Positions 21,101 to 31,947 of a DNA stretch of 64,000 nt are shown piece by piece. The stretch spans positions 1,054,001 to 1,118,000 of the forward strand of contig OZ251244.1 in NCBI GenBank assembly GCA_965240325.2. The letters run 5' to 3'. The DNA is from Rebecca billardiae RCC1528. Its lineage: Eukaryota > Protista > Haptophyta. Position numbers and translations under genes: made by a program. Position 1 is the stretch's first letter. Each line of letters begins with the position of its first letter. Below the pieces are notes generated by a model that made no database searches, was not told where the DNA came from, and saw only the letters and a program-made list of their open reading frames with translations.

Positions 21101-21224
21101 CGTCCTTCCCACGACTGTTTTGTGCTTCATCCTCGAATACAGTTTCTTGTTGCGCCCACAAGCACGCTGCTCACCAGGTTCTTATGAGGTACTCATCAGT
21201 AGTCATCACGGGCAAGTTGGGTAG
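18180..21224 (+). repeat. Segmental duplication, copy B
   Basis: Matches 5030-8284. Confidence 0.92.
18622..20847 (-). CDS. Sedolisin/TPP1-like S53 peptidase; copy 2
   Basis: Same motifs as copy 1 (QEAALDVQ, SSGDGG, GTSIASP); nearly identical except around the catalytic Ser. Confidence 0.93.
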   Translation of the reverse strand: MGSRGTRAAAWLMLASLPALALGADPAAGGAARVQFTLALRRARHQTDAAELARVAASRHYLSLSAAAERIELSCSAEAAAHELGLYEAIGFTVARRLLGGRYAVLEGPPAKANVLALVCATAQASGTGMKNKQMVCNGTQPSAESTAAFDAWPLQKVVDLAAETIEGTPIPTDAHCMGALFDLRLLGAAPSTPARVTHPPPLGVDALPAACTAEAVVERIEQYQSVTWRALANSYGVNPTFNASAARARIGLVEFSPGTSGAQFDPADLLCLQARTGARTSARVTAVYTADGVSSGLCTSCTSNVDQEAALDVQAALTVNQHADGEFVSLGTGLTMLSEIQSGFTTALVQYVHTLVERDAAAGPTPDFLSISYGAPEGYDAGAEPLGSAPGYTVTEGQKEALRAVCDELYVLALAGITTFASSGDGGCSGARNGSYACNAYRPEFPASCPWVTAVGATTFKAGLGCRECETTTMADGVLGVAGPPLITSGGGISDVFTADAGYDFSWQLGSPAPRARAYPDVAAVGANFAVVLGGVENPMSGTSIASPVMAGLISLAFTGERFGWINPLLYRAHAETAGSAAPAFYDVTVGNNGWGEIGAPAFPAKPRPYSSCFNPAVRYNATVGYDLTTGLGTLGHGAETLLRRLTPGLPAQLFEPSLIAARAEPAPRGLPVSHASSQPHAGGAVVGMLAGVGMAAVALGAVAVAIKQHYYGYARRSGAAKAATAASSPAPPTRAHHLL

Positions 21225-21489
21225 TAAATCTACCCGCCCGACGGCGGGTAGATTTGTACATTCATTCACTGACGTCGTCGCAACGACTACTACGTCGTCA
21301 ACATGCTTGTACTTGTGTAATTCTGGCCGCGCCGCGCGTGGCGGCAATTCGCCATCAATCATGATATGCAGCGGCATGATGCAATTCTGCCGTATGGCGG
21401 AGCAGTGGGTAGTACGTCGTAATTCGAAAGCGCTAGCTCGTAGTTAGTCGTCTACTTAATCATCCGGACACGGTTCGGGCAGGTGATGA

Positions 21490-22174
21490 CGCCGGAGTTC
21501 AGGTCGGGGCGGGGCGGCGCGCGCTGCACTGCCCCGCGCTGCGCCAGCGCCGAGCCCGCCGCCCGGTCCGAGGGCCGTAGGCGTAGAGCGTACGCCGACC
21601 GGAGGCGGGCGCGCGGAGCCGGCCGTCGCGAACGCAGCGGCTGCGCGTGCCACGGCGTGGCAGCACTCGGCAGCGGCACTGTCCGAGGCCGCCGGGTGTT
21701 GATGGGGGCTCCGATCCAGCAAGCGCCTCCCCATCATCTGGTTGGGCGGCCGAGTTGGTCTGGCGGGCGGGGCGCGCACCGTACGAGCTGCCAAGCACCA
21801 CCGCCGAGCCCGCCGCCCGGCCCGAGGGCCGTAGAGCGTGCGCCGGCAAGACGGGTCAAGGAGGCGGGCGCGCGGCCATCGACCGAGCGCGCGGCGATGA
21901 GGTCCGAGTTGATCGGGGCTCCGCTCCGGAAGCCCGCCGGCGAAACCACACAGGTTGGATGGCCAAGCTGGTCTGGGCGGGGCGCGCACCGCACTGCACT
22001 GTGCCTCCTCCGCCGAGCCCGCCACCCGGCCCGAGGCGGGTAGAACGTGCACCGGCCGTCGACCGAGCACGCGCTGACGACGCCCGGCGCGCGTGACAGC
22101 ACGACTCGCAAGCACTCGGCTAGTCCGAGGCCAAGTGTTCACGTGGTCAGCGTCAGACGGCGCCCGATCATATC
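21490..22174 (+). repeat. About three diverged units of the tRNA-headed repeat preceding the homogeneous array
   Basis: Heads ggttgggcggccgagttggtc (21740) and ggttggatggccaagctggtc (21953, exactly 222 bp before 22175). Confidence 0.8.
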
Positions 22175-23949
22175 GGTCGGGTGGCCGAGTTGGTCGTGGC
22201 GAAACGCGCACGGCACTGCCCCGCGCCGCCGCCGAGCCCGCCGCCCGCCGGCTCGAGGCGGGGAGCGCGTGCGCCGCACCGGTCGTCGACCGCGGAGCGC
22301 GCGCGCAGCGGGCGTGCGCGAGTGGCCCAGCCACTATCTACTCGGCTCGCCCGACACGCACGGGGCCCGCCGCGCCGCGCACCCCCCCAGGCGCAAGGTT
22401 GGGTGGCCGAGTTGGTCGTGGCGAAACGCGCACGGCACTGCCCCGCGCCGCCGCCGAGCCCGCCGCCCGCCGGCTCGAGGCGGGGAGCGCGTGCGCCGCA
22501 CCGGTCGTCGACCGCGGAGCGCGCGCGCAGCGGGCGTGCGCGAGTGGCCCAGCCACTATCTACTCGGCTCGCCCGACACGCACGGGGCCCGCCGCGCCGC
22601 GCACCCCCCCAGGCGCAAGGTTGGGTGGCCGAGTTGGTCGTGGCGAAACGCGCACGGCACTGCCCCGCGCCGCCGCCGAGCCCGCCGCCCGCCGGCTCGA
22701 GGCGGGGAGCGCGTGCGCCGCACCGGTCGTCGACCGCGGAGCGCGCGCGCAGCGGGCGTGCGCGAGTGGCCCAGCCACTATCTACTCGGCTCGCCCGACA
22801 CGCACGGGGCCCGCCGCGCCGCGCACCCCCCCAGGCGCAAGGTTGGGTGGCCGAGTTGGTCGTGGCGAAACGCGCACGGCACTGCCCCGCGCCGCCGCCG
22901 AGCCCGCCGCCCGCCGGCTCGAGGCGGGGAGCGCGTGCGCCGCACCGGTCGTCGACCGCGGAGCGCGCGCGCAGCGGGCGTGCGCGAGTGGCCCAGCCAC
23001 TATCTACTCGGCTCGCCCGACACGCACGGGGCCCGCCGCGCCGCGCACCCCCCCAGGCGCAAGGTTGGGTGGCCGAGTTGGTCGTGGCGGGGCGCGCACG
23101 ACACTGCCCCGCGCCGCCGCCGAGCCCGCCGCCCGCCGGCTCGAGGCGGGGAGCGCGTGCGCCGCACCGGTCGTCGACCGCGGAGCGCGCGCGCAGCGGG
23201 CGTGCGCGAGTGGCCCAGCCACTATCTACTCGGCTCGCCCGACACGCACGGGGCCCGCCGCGCCGCGCACCCCCCCAGGCGCAAGGTTGGGTGGCCGAGT
23301 TGGTCGTGGCGAAACGCGCACGGCACTGCCCCGCGCCGCCGCCGAGCCCGCCGCCCGCCGGCTCGAGGCGGGGAGCGCGTGCGCCGCACCGGTCGTCGAC
23401 CGCGGAGCGCGCGCGCAGCGGGCGTGCGCGAGTGGCCCAGCCACTATCTACTCGGCTCGCCCGACACGCACGGGGCCCGCCGCGCCGCGCACCCCCCCAG
23501 GCGCAAGGTTGGGTGGCCGAGTTGGTCGTGGCGAAACGCGCACGGCACTGCCCCGCGCCGCCGCCGAGCCCGCCGCCCGCCGGCTCGAGGCGGGGAGCGC
23601 GTGCGCCGCACCGGTCGTCGACCGCGGAGCGCGCGCGCAGCGGGCGTGCGCGAGTGGCCCAGCCACTATCTACTCGGCTCGCCCGACACGCACGGGGCCC
23701 GCCGCGCCGCGCACCCCCCCAGGCGCAAGGTTGGGTGGCCGAGTTGGTCGTGGCGAAACGCGCACGGCACTGCCCCGCGCCGCCGCCGAGCCCGCCGCCC
23801 GCCGGCTCGAGGCGGGGAGCGCGTGCGCCGCACCGGTCGTCGACCGCGGAGCGCGCGCGCAGCGGGCGTGCGCGAGTGGCCCAGCCACTATCGACTCGGC
23901 TGCCCGACACGCACGGGGCCCGCCGCGCCGCGCCCCTCCCCAGGCGCAA
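22175..23949 (+). repeat. Tandem array of eight near-identical 222-bp units, each starting with nt 1-21 of tRNA-Leu(AAG)
   Basis: Heads at 22175 (one mismatch), 22397, 22619, 22841, 23063, 23285, 23507 and 23729. The next head, at 23950, is the real tRNA. Confidence 0.97.
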
Positions 23950-24032
23950 GGTTGGGTGGCCGAGTTGGTCTAAGGCGTGGCGTTAAGGCCGCCATCTCTT
24001 CGGAGGCGCGAGTTCGAATCTCGTCCCAGCCA
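23950..24032 (+). tRNA. trnL-AAG: tRNA-Leu(AAG)
   Basis: Acceptor GGTTGGG/CCCAGCC, D arm GCC…GGC, anticodon stem TGGCG/CGCCA with loop TTAAGGC, long variable arm CTC-TTCG-GAG, T arm GCGAG-TTCGAAT-CTCGT, and a T run at ~24049. Confidence 0.95.
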
Positions 24033-24290
24033 CAAGGTTATTGTTGCCTTTTGCTGTGAGGGGCCAGCTTTTGGCCGCGCGCGCGGTGTCGTGTTGAGCG
24101 CGCGCGCGCGTGCTCCAGCCCGCGCCGAGCGCGTGACCTCGCATCCCGGGGCCGCTCGACTGGCCGGGGAACGGAGTCCAGAGGCCACGACGACCGCTCC
24201 CGCGCAAACCACCCCCGACCCGATGGTAAACCCCGCGGACGCTTGACCGCGGACGGCCGGTCTGTTAGCTGCGACGCCGGGGCCGCGGAT

Positions 24291-24930
24291 GGCGCTGCGG
24301 CTGGGCCGCGCGGGTCGGGCACGTTGTGGTCGTGTGCGCGGCGCCGGCAGGAAGCTCGGTGTATCCCGCCGTCGTGGGGACGCGGTAGAGGCACCCGGCA
24401 TCGCTGACTCGCAGCGCCACAACTTCGGCTCACGGCCGCGCCTCGCCCGCGGTCGCGGAGCGTTCCGCGCGGAGTCAGTCGGCGGCGCGGCGGTGCGGTT
24501 GCCGACGAGTCGGCCACTCGGCCACCGCTCGGCGCTCTCCGCCTTGTTTAACGGCACCAGGGCGCTGTCTTCCGTGCCCGCTGCGCGTGGTACGGCCGAG
24601 CTACCAGGGAAGCGCGCTGGCTTACGGCGCCGTGCACCGCGGCAGCCATCGTTGTCGTGTGATCAAGGAGTGACAGAAGGACTGATCCTCAGCCATCCGG
24701 ACATTTCTGTCCGGCTTTCGACCTCCTCAGCGCTCAGAATGATAGTCAGATTGCGATCAGGTCAGCGATGGCGGCCGCGACCGCGCGCACCAACGGACGC
24801 GATCTCATTTGGCGCATTGTCACTCATCGCGCACGCCTAGCCTTCTGCTCTACTGCGCGCGACGACCCGTACCGATCGCGCCACGGTGAGATCGCCGGTC
24901 GGCCCAACTGATCCGCCGCCGCCGGCCGCC
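24291..24930 (+). repeat. ~650-bp direct repeat, copy 1 (copy 2 ~26363-27010)
   Basis: ggcgctgcggctgggccgcgcgggtcgggcacgttg…gatcaaggagtgacagaagga…ggtcggcccaactgatc occurs in both. Confidence 0.88.
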
Positions 24931-25929
24931 AGCCCGGCGCCGGCGGCGCGGCTCGCGCAGCGCTGGGCGCGGCGCTCGCGTGGCCTCCGCCTGCGCGGCG
25001 CCTCGCCATGCCGCGAGGGCGAGCCAGGCCGAGGCTCCGCACGCCACCCGGCGCCCCCGCTCCCCACGGGCGCCATGCCCGCCGGAGCAGTGGCGCCGGC
25101 CACGCCACGCCACGCCGGCCCGCCCTCGGCCGCGCCGCCTGCGCGCCGTCGGCTGCGGCGGGAGGCCGGCCCGACCCGGTACGCGTCGCGCGCGCTCCCC
25201 CGCCCCAGCCCGCGTGCCGTGGCCGCGGGCGCGCGCGCCGCCGCGCGCGGACGGCGCGCCTCGCGCCCACCTGCCTGGCCGGCCGAGCGCCTTCCGGCGG
25301 AGCACGTGGCCGAGGGTGGGGTCGTAGTAGACGAGGGGCTCGGTGAGTGAGCGCGCCGCCGAGTGCGCTCTGGGCACGCTCTAGAGAGAGAGAGAGAGAA
25401 AGAGTTCACACAGACGCTGATGCGGTGGTCGCGCGCGGGCGCACGGCGCTCGCCCAATGCATGGGCCTGCAACCTCCCCGTCGCCCCTCCGCGGCTGTGC
25501 CACCGGGAGGCGGGCCGTCGCTCGTGTTCCGACGACGGACGCGCGCCCGGCGGGCGGTGGCTTGCTCGTGGGCGGCCACTCGCGTGCGTGGAGCACTGTC
25601 TGCGTCGAGCAGTCACTTCCGCCGTGCGCGCCCGGCGCGCGCTGCCCGCGCATGCGTCCGTGACTAGCGACGTTCGGTGCTCGGGCCTCGCCGGAGCCAT
25701 TCGGGCACGCTGAACGGCGGCGAGGCGTGCGCGCGGCTCTCCCTGCCACACCCCTGTACCGCAACGGCCACGTCCCTACGAGGTCGCCATCTCGCCCGCC
25801 GGCAGCGCCCGTTCCTTCCCGGCCACGCCGCGCGCGGCGGACGAGGTGGAAGATGGGGGCGCGGGGGCGGGGGCAGGCTGGGCTGGTGCGTGGCGCCAGC
25901 CACGTCCGCGACGCGCTCGCGCCACGCGC

Positions 25930-26310
25930 CGCCGAGCAGCGCGCGCCAGGCATGCGTGAGCTTGCTGGCCGAGTGCTGTCACGGCGCGCGCGCTCTGGTC
26001 GACGGCCGCGCGCACGCTCTTTAGTCTATTCCCTCGGGCCGGGCGGCGAGCTCGGCGGTGGCAGCACAGGGCAGTGCGGTGCGCGCCCCGCCCAGACCAG
26101 CTCGACCGCCGCGCGCGCGGGCCTCGGCCCCTCCGCCCCGGAGGCCGGAGCCAGCAAGTGCTGGCCGAGTGCCGCTACCTACGGCGCGCGCGCCTCCGAC
26201 TCGCTCACGAGTCACGGCCGACTGGACGGCCGCGCGCGTGACGCCTCCGCTCGGCGCACGCTCTACCCTCCGGCCGGGCGGCGGGCTCGGCGGCGGCGGC
26301 GCGAGGCAGT
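25930..26310 (-). repeat. Inverted, degenerate copies of the tRNA-headed repeat
   Basis: The reverse complement contains ggtcgagctggtctgggcggggcgcgcaccgcactgccc, tagagcgtgcgccg and cagcactcggc. Confidence 0.65.
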
Positions 26311-26362
26311 GAGCGGAGCGCCCCTCCACCGGTCACCCGGTCTGCGCCGCTGCACGGACGAG

Positions 26363-27010
26363 GGCGCTGCGGCTGGGCCGCGCGGGTCGGGCACGTTGCG
26401 GTTGTGTGCGCGGCCCCGGCAGGAAGCTCGGTGTATCCCGCCGTCATGGGGACGCGGTAGAGGCACCCGGCATCGCTGACTCGCAGCGCCACAACTTCGG
26501 CTCACGGCCGCGCCTGGTGCCGCCGGAGCGTTCACCGCACGACCGTCAGTCGGCGGCGCGGCGGTGCGGTTGCCGACGAGTCGGCCACCGCTCGGCGCTC
26601 TCTGGCGCCGGCGCCAGGGCGCTGTCTTCTGTGCGCGGTGCGCGTGGCACGGCCGAGCGACCAGGCAAGCGCGCGTCCCGTCAAGGGTGGCTTGCCGCGT
26701 GGCTGCGCCGTGCACCGCGGCAGCCATCGTTGTCGTGTGATCAAGGAGTGACAGAAGGAGTAGCCATCCGGACATTTTTGTCCGGCTTTCGGGACCTCAG
26801 CGCGGCAGAATGCGATGGCGGCCGCGACCGGGACGCGGCTATCTCGTGGCGCATCTTATCAGTCATCACGTCGTGGTCGTCATGGCCTCGGTGGTGCGCG
26901 CCGCGCACGCCTGGCCTTGTGATCTACTGCGCGTGACGACCCTTCCGTTCGCGCCACGGTGACATCGCGCCGGTCGGCCCAACTGATCGGCCGCCGCCGG
27001 CCGCCAGCTG
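26363..27010 (+). repeat. ~650-bp direct repeat, copy 2
   Basis: Matches 24291-24930. Confidence 0.88.
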
Positions 27011-27185
27011 CCGTCCGGCCGCCGGGGCCGAGAAAGTTTTTCCCCGCCAGAATGGCCGGCCGCGGTTCTGCCGACCGCGCGGCGAGCCGGGCCTCGGGCG
27101 GCGCGGCCCGCCGCCGGCGAGCCGGGCCTCGGGGCCGCCCGCGCGTCACAGACGGGCCGGCTCCCGCCGCCGCCGTCCGACGCGG

Positions 27186-29282
27186 TCACCACAGCCGGGC
27201 GGCGCTACCGCTCGCCGCCGCCGGCGCCGGCGCCGGCGGCCAGCCGAGCCGCCGCCACCCCGCCGCCGCCCCGCCGCCCCAGCCGCCGTCGTCGGAGCGC
27301 TGCTCGGTGGCGGCCGCGCCGCCGGCGCCGCCGCCCCACGCATGGTGGCCGTCTCCGCCAAACCAGCCGCCGCCGCCGCGCTCATCATGGCCCCAGCGCA
27401 ACGCCGCCGACGGCGGCGCGCCGCCGCCACCCTCCGCCCACGCCGCCGCCGCCGAGTCGCGACTCCGGTCGTCCGCGAGCGCGTGCAACCGCGCCGCCTC
27501 CGCCGCGAGCGCGCCGGCGAGGCTGAGGCTCGGCAGCCGCGGGAGCGCGAGCGCGTGCGCGGCCGCGACAGCGGGCGAGAAGCTCGGCGGCGCCTCGCGC
27601 GCGCACGCGGCGTGGAGGCGGTGGGCGCCGGCGCCGTCCGGCCGCCGCGCGCCGTGTCGCCGCCGCGCGCCGCGCGCGCGCGGCGCCGGCGGCAGCGGCG
27701 ACGGCGGCGACAGCGGCGGCCAGCCGTCGCCGTCAGACGCGCGCGCGCGCGGCAGCGGCGGCGGTGACGGCGGCGGCGACGAGGACGACGACGCCGAAGC
27801 GGACGCCGCCGCGGCACGCCGCGTCTCGGCCGGAGCCGCGCCCAGCGCGAGCTTGAGCGCCGCAGTGATCGCCCGCACGGCGCGGTCGTCGTCCGCGCCG
27901 CCGCCGCCGCGTCCGCCACCGCCGTAGCCGCCGCCGCCGCCGCCGCCGCCGCCGCGCCCGCCACCGCCGCGTCCACCGCCGCCGGCACCGGCAGCCGGCG
28001 GCGCGACCGCAGACGCGCGGCCGTCAGCCGCGGCGCCGATCGCGCCCCACGCTGCCCGCGCGCGCGCCAGCGCCGCGCCCTCCGCGGCGGCCGCGCCGGC
28101 GGCGCGCCGCCACGCCAGCGCGCCGCGCCACCGCGCCCACGCGCGCCGCAGCCGCGGCGCGGCGGCGGGCGGCGCGGGGACAGCGGCGGCGGCGGAGCGC
28201 GCCGCGGCGCGGCGGCGCCAGCGGCGCGCGGCCGCCGCCGCCGCCGCGCTCTCCCCGCTCGGGCGGCGGCGCGGCCCCCCGCGCGCCAGCGCGCCGCGCC
28301 ACCGCGCCCACGCGCGCCGCAGCCGCGCGGCGGCGGCGGCGGGCGGCGCGGGCGCGGCGGCGGCGGCGGCGGCGGCGCGCGCCGCGGCGCGGCGGCGCCA
28401 GCGGCGCGCGGCGGCGGCGCGCGCCGCCGCCGGCGCGCTCTCTCCGCGCGGCCCCCCGCGCGCCAGCGCGCCGCGCCAGCGCGCCCACGCGCGGCACAGC
28501 CGCATGGCGGCGGCGGCCGCCGCGGCGGCGTCGGCGTCGGCGCGGCGCGCGGCGCGCGGCGCGAGCCCGCGGCGCCAGCGCGCCCACGCGCGCCGCCGGC
28601 GCGCGGCGGCGGCGGCGTCGGCGCGCGCGCGCGCGCGCGCGGCGCGGCGGCGCCAGCGGCGCGCGGCGAGGCGCGCGCCGGCGCGCCGGTGCGGCCCGCG
28701 CGCCGCCCCGCCCGCGAGCGTCGTCGCCGCCGCCGCCGCCGCCGCCGGCGGCGCGCGCGCGAGCGCGCGCAGCGCGGCGCGCAGCGCGGCCGCGCGGCCG
28801 CGCGCGGCGGCGCGCGCGCCGCGCGCGCCGCGCGCGGCGCGCGCCGCCGCGGCCGCGCGCAGCGCGCGCAGCGCGAGCACGTGGCGCAGCGCGGCGGCCC
28901 ACGCGGCGCGCCGCGCGCCGCGCGCCGCGTCGCGCGCCCACGCGCGCAGCCGCGCCGCGCCGCGCCGCGCCGCGGCGGCGCGCGCGCGCGCGGCGGCGCG
29001 CGCGCGGCGCGCGCGCGCGCCGCGCCGCCAGCGGCGCAGCGCGGCGCGCGCGCCGGCGCGCGCGGCGCGCGCGACGGCGGCGCGCCACGCGGCGAGCGCG
29101 CGCGCGAGCGGGCGGCGCGCGCGGCCCCACGGCGGCCGCGCCGCGCGCGCGCGCGCGCGCCACGCGCCGCGCCGCGCCGCCGCGCGCAGCGCGGCGCGCA
29201 GCGCGGCGGCGCGCGCGGCGGCGCGCGCCGCCGCGCGCGCCGCCGCGCGCGCCGCCGCGCCGCCGAGCCGCGCGAGCGCGCG

Positions 29283-29313
<31 letters not shown>

Positions 29314-30260
29314 AGCGTGCGCACGGCCCACGCGCGCGCGGTGCGCCGCGCCCACGCCGCGAGCGCCACGCCCGCGCGCGCGCGCGCCACCACCGCCGCG
29401 AGGTCGGCGGCGCGCGCCGCGGCCGCGGCCGCGGCCGCCCACGCGCGCAGCGCGCGGCCGCGCGCGCGCGCCGCGCCGCCGCCGCCGCCGCCGCCGCCGC
29501 GGCGCGGCGCGGCGGCGCGCGCGGCGCGGCGCGCGCGCGCCCACGCGCCGCCGCGCGCGAGCGCCCCGCCGAGGCGCGCCGCGCGCCCCAGCCGCGCCGT
29601 GCCGCCGCGCACCGCCGCGTCCGCCGCGGCGGCGCGCAGCGCGCGCAGCGCGCGCGCCGCGCGCGCCGCGTCGCCCGCGGCCGCGGCGCGCGCGGCCGCG
29701 CGCGCGGCCGCGGCCGCGGGCAGCGCGGCGCGCGCAAAGGCGCGCCAGCGCGCGCGCGCGAGCAGCAGCCGCGCGAGCGCGCGCTCGACCCGCCGCGCGT
29801 GCGCCCGCGCCCACCACCGCCGCCCGCCGCGGCGCAGCGCGGCGCGCGCGCGCGCGGCGGCGCGCGCGGCGCGGCGCGCGGCGGCGGCGCCGAGCGCGCG
29901 CAGCGCGCGCGCGGCCGCGCGCCGCCGCCGGTGCGCGCGCGCGCGGCGGCGCGCGCCCCGCGCGGCGGCGGCGCGCGCGGCGCGCTCGGCCCAGCGCGCG
30001 AGCGCGCGCCGCGCCGCCGCCGCCGCGCCGCCGCCGCGCGCCGCCGCCGCCGCCGCCGCGGCGACGCGGCTCGCGGCGGCGCGCGCCGCGCCGCGCCGCG
30101 CCGCGGCCGCGCGCCACGCGCGCAGCGCCGCGGCGGGCGGCAGCGCGCGCGCCGCCGCGAGCTCGGGCGGCGGCGGCGCGGGCAGCAGGCGCGCCATCGT
30201 CTCCGCCGTCGGCCCCCGCGGCGGCGCCGCCGCCGTCGCCGCCGCCATCGTCGCCGCCGT

Positions 30261-30294
<34 letters not shown>

Positions 30295-30860
30295 CATGCT
30301 GGCGAGGGCGGCGGCGGCCGCGCGTCCGCGAGCAGGGCGGCGAGCTGCTGCTGGCGGCGGAGCCACTCGGGCTGGCGGCCGAGCGGCGTGTTGAACGCGG
30401 GCGGCGGCGTGGGCGGCGCGAGCAGCGCGCCGCCGCGCGGCGCGGGCGGCGGCGTGGGCGCGCGCGGCCGCGGCGCGGCGCGCGCGCCCGGCGCCGCGCC
30501 GTCCGCCGTCGCCGCGCGCGCGCCGAGCGCGCGCGCGCGCGCGGGCGAGGGCGTGCGCGAGACGGACTCGGGCGAGGAGCCGATGTCGAAGGCGAACTCG
30601 AGCGGCAGGCTGCCGCCGCCCTCGGCCCCCTCGCCGCCCGGCGACGCGGTCGGCGGCGGCGGCCGAGCGCCGGCGAGCGCGCCGGGCTCGGTGTGAGCGC
30701 GCGGCGCGAGCAGCGTGGCGCGCGCGAGCCGCGTCGCGCGCGCGACGCGGCGCCACGCGCCCCAGCGCAGCGCGAGCCGCCGCTCCGCGCGCTCGCGCGC
30801 GCCGTCCGCCGGCGCGGCGCGGACGGCGTAGGGCGGGCGCAGCGCGGGCCGCGGCGCCAT
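27186..30860 (-). CDS. Ala/Arg-rich protein with periodic L-x-x-W motifs; possible Sfi1-like centrin-binding repeat protein
   Basis: 1224-aa ORF with repeated RALRAW/RALARW/LRRAWARW helical motifs and a non-repetitive LPLEFAFDIGSSPES segment. Low complexity limits the call. Confidence 0.5.
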
Positions 30861-31240
30861 CTTGTAGAGATGGCTTTTCTCGCGTCCGTGGACGGGCGGG
30901 CGTTTCGCAATTCGTCCCTAAAGTTGCGCCGCGGCAGCCGCCCGGCGGCGGGGCGCGCCAGCGCGCAGGCCGGCGGCGGCTCCGAGGGGCGGACTGGCGG
31001 CGGTCGCGCCCGAGCTGACGCAGCGCAGCGCGCGCGGTCCGGGCCGATCGAGCGGGGCAAGGTGACGGCGCGTCCGTAGCGTCGGCCCGCGGCCACGAGC
31101 GTGTTGCTGGCGTGAGTGTCCCGCGGCGGGTCCGCCCGGCGCCAGGCGGCGTGAGTGTGTGTGGTGATATGATTTTAATCACAGCTTCGTGTGCGACGCA
31201 CTCTTCTTGTACCCACCGCAAGCGTGAACAGAGTCCGGAA

Positions 31241-31322
31241 GGGGAGTTGTCCGAGTGGTTAAGGAGTCGGCTTTAGGCGCCGATGCAGTTTCTGCGCGCA
31301 GGTTCGAATCCTGTGCTCCCCA
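31241..31322 (+). tRNA. trnL-TAG: tRNA-Leu(TAG)
   Basis: Acceptor GGGGAGT/GCTCCCC, D arm TCC…GGA, anticodon stem TCGGC/GCCGA with loop TTTAGGC, variable arm GCAG-TTT-CTGC, T arm GCAGG-TTCGAAT-CCTGT. Confidence 0.95.
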
Positions 31323-31501
31323 GCACACCTTTCGCCCCGGCCGCCCCCGCAAGCGCCGCGTCGCCTGTCCACAGTCTTTCTTGTCGAGTAGTTGCGCCGT
31401 CGTCGCCGTCGGCTCGTCGGAGGCTCCGACGGCGACGGGCCGGCGGCGGCGCACGCGGCCTCGCCGGGCCATGGCGCCCGGCCGCCGCGCGCGGCCCGCG
31501 C

Positions 31502-31913
31502 CTAGCGGTCGTCCTCCTCCTCGCCGTCGACGCCCGCCGCCGCCGCCGCCGCGGCGCGCGCGCCGCACGGCCGCGGCGCGCGCGCCTGCGGGCACGGCGA
31601 CGCCTCGGCGCGCGCGAGCGCCGCCTCGTCCTCGGGCACGTCGCACGTGTACACGGCGCGCTGGTACGGCGCCTCGGCGACGCTCACGCTCAGCGCCGTC
31701 ACGCGCCGCGCGTGCAGCGTCGACAGCCCGAGCTCCCGGACCAGCCGGACCCACAGGAAGTGCGCGAGCTCCTCCGCCGTCGAGTGCACGAGCGGGAGCT
31801 GCGCGCAGTCGGTGGCGGGGAAGGAGAAGAAGGCGCCGTCCTCGCAGGTGAGGCAGAGCTGCTCGTCCGCCGCCGCCGCGCGCTCGCCGTCCTCCGCGCC
31901 GCCGCCGCCCGCC

Positions 31914-31947
<34 letters not shown>

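Noticed and set aside
22175-23970. CRISPR array
   Set aside because: The spacers are identical and ~200 bp long, there are no cas genes, and the context is eukaryotic.
22047-24059. 600-670 aa repeat ORFs across the array
   Set aside because: The 222-bp unit is a multiple of 3 and GC-rich, so several frames stay open; the ORFs also run into a tRNA gene.
27146-31221. Alternative 700-1300 aa ORFs in other frames
   Set aside because: Shadows caused by extreme GC content; only the Trp-periodic frame looks protein-like.
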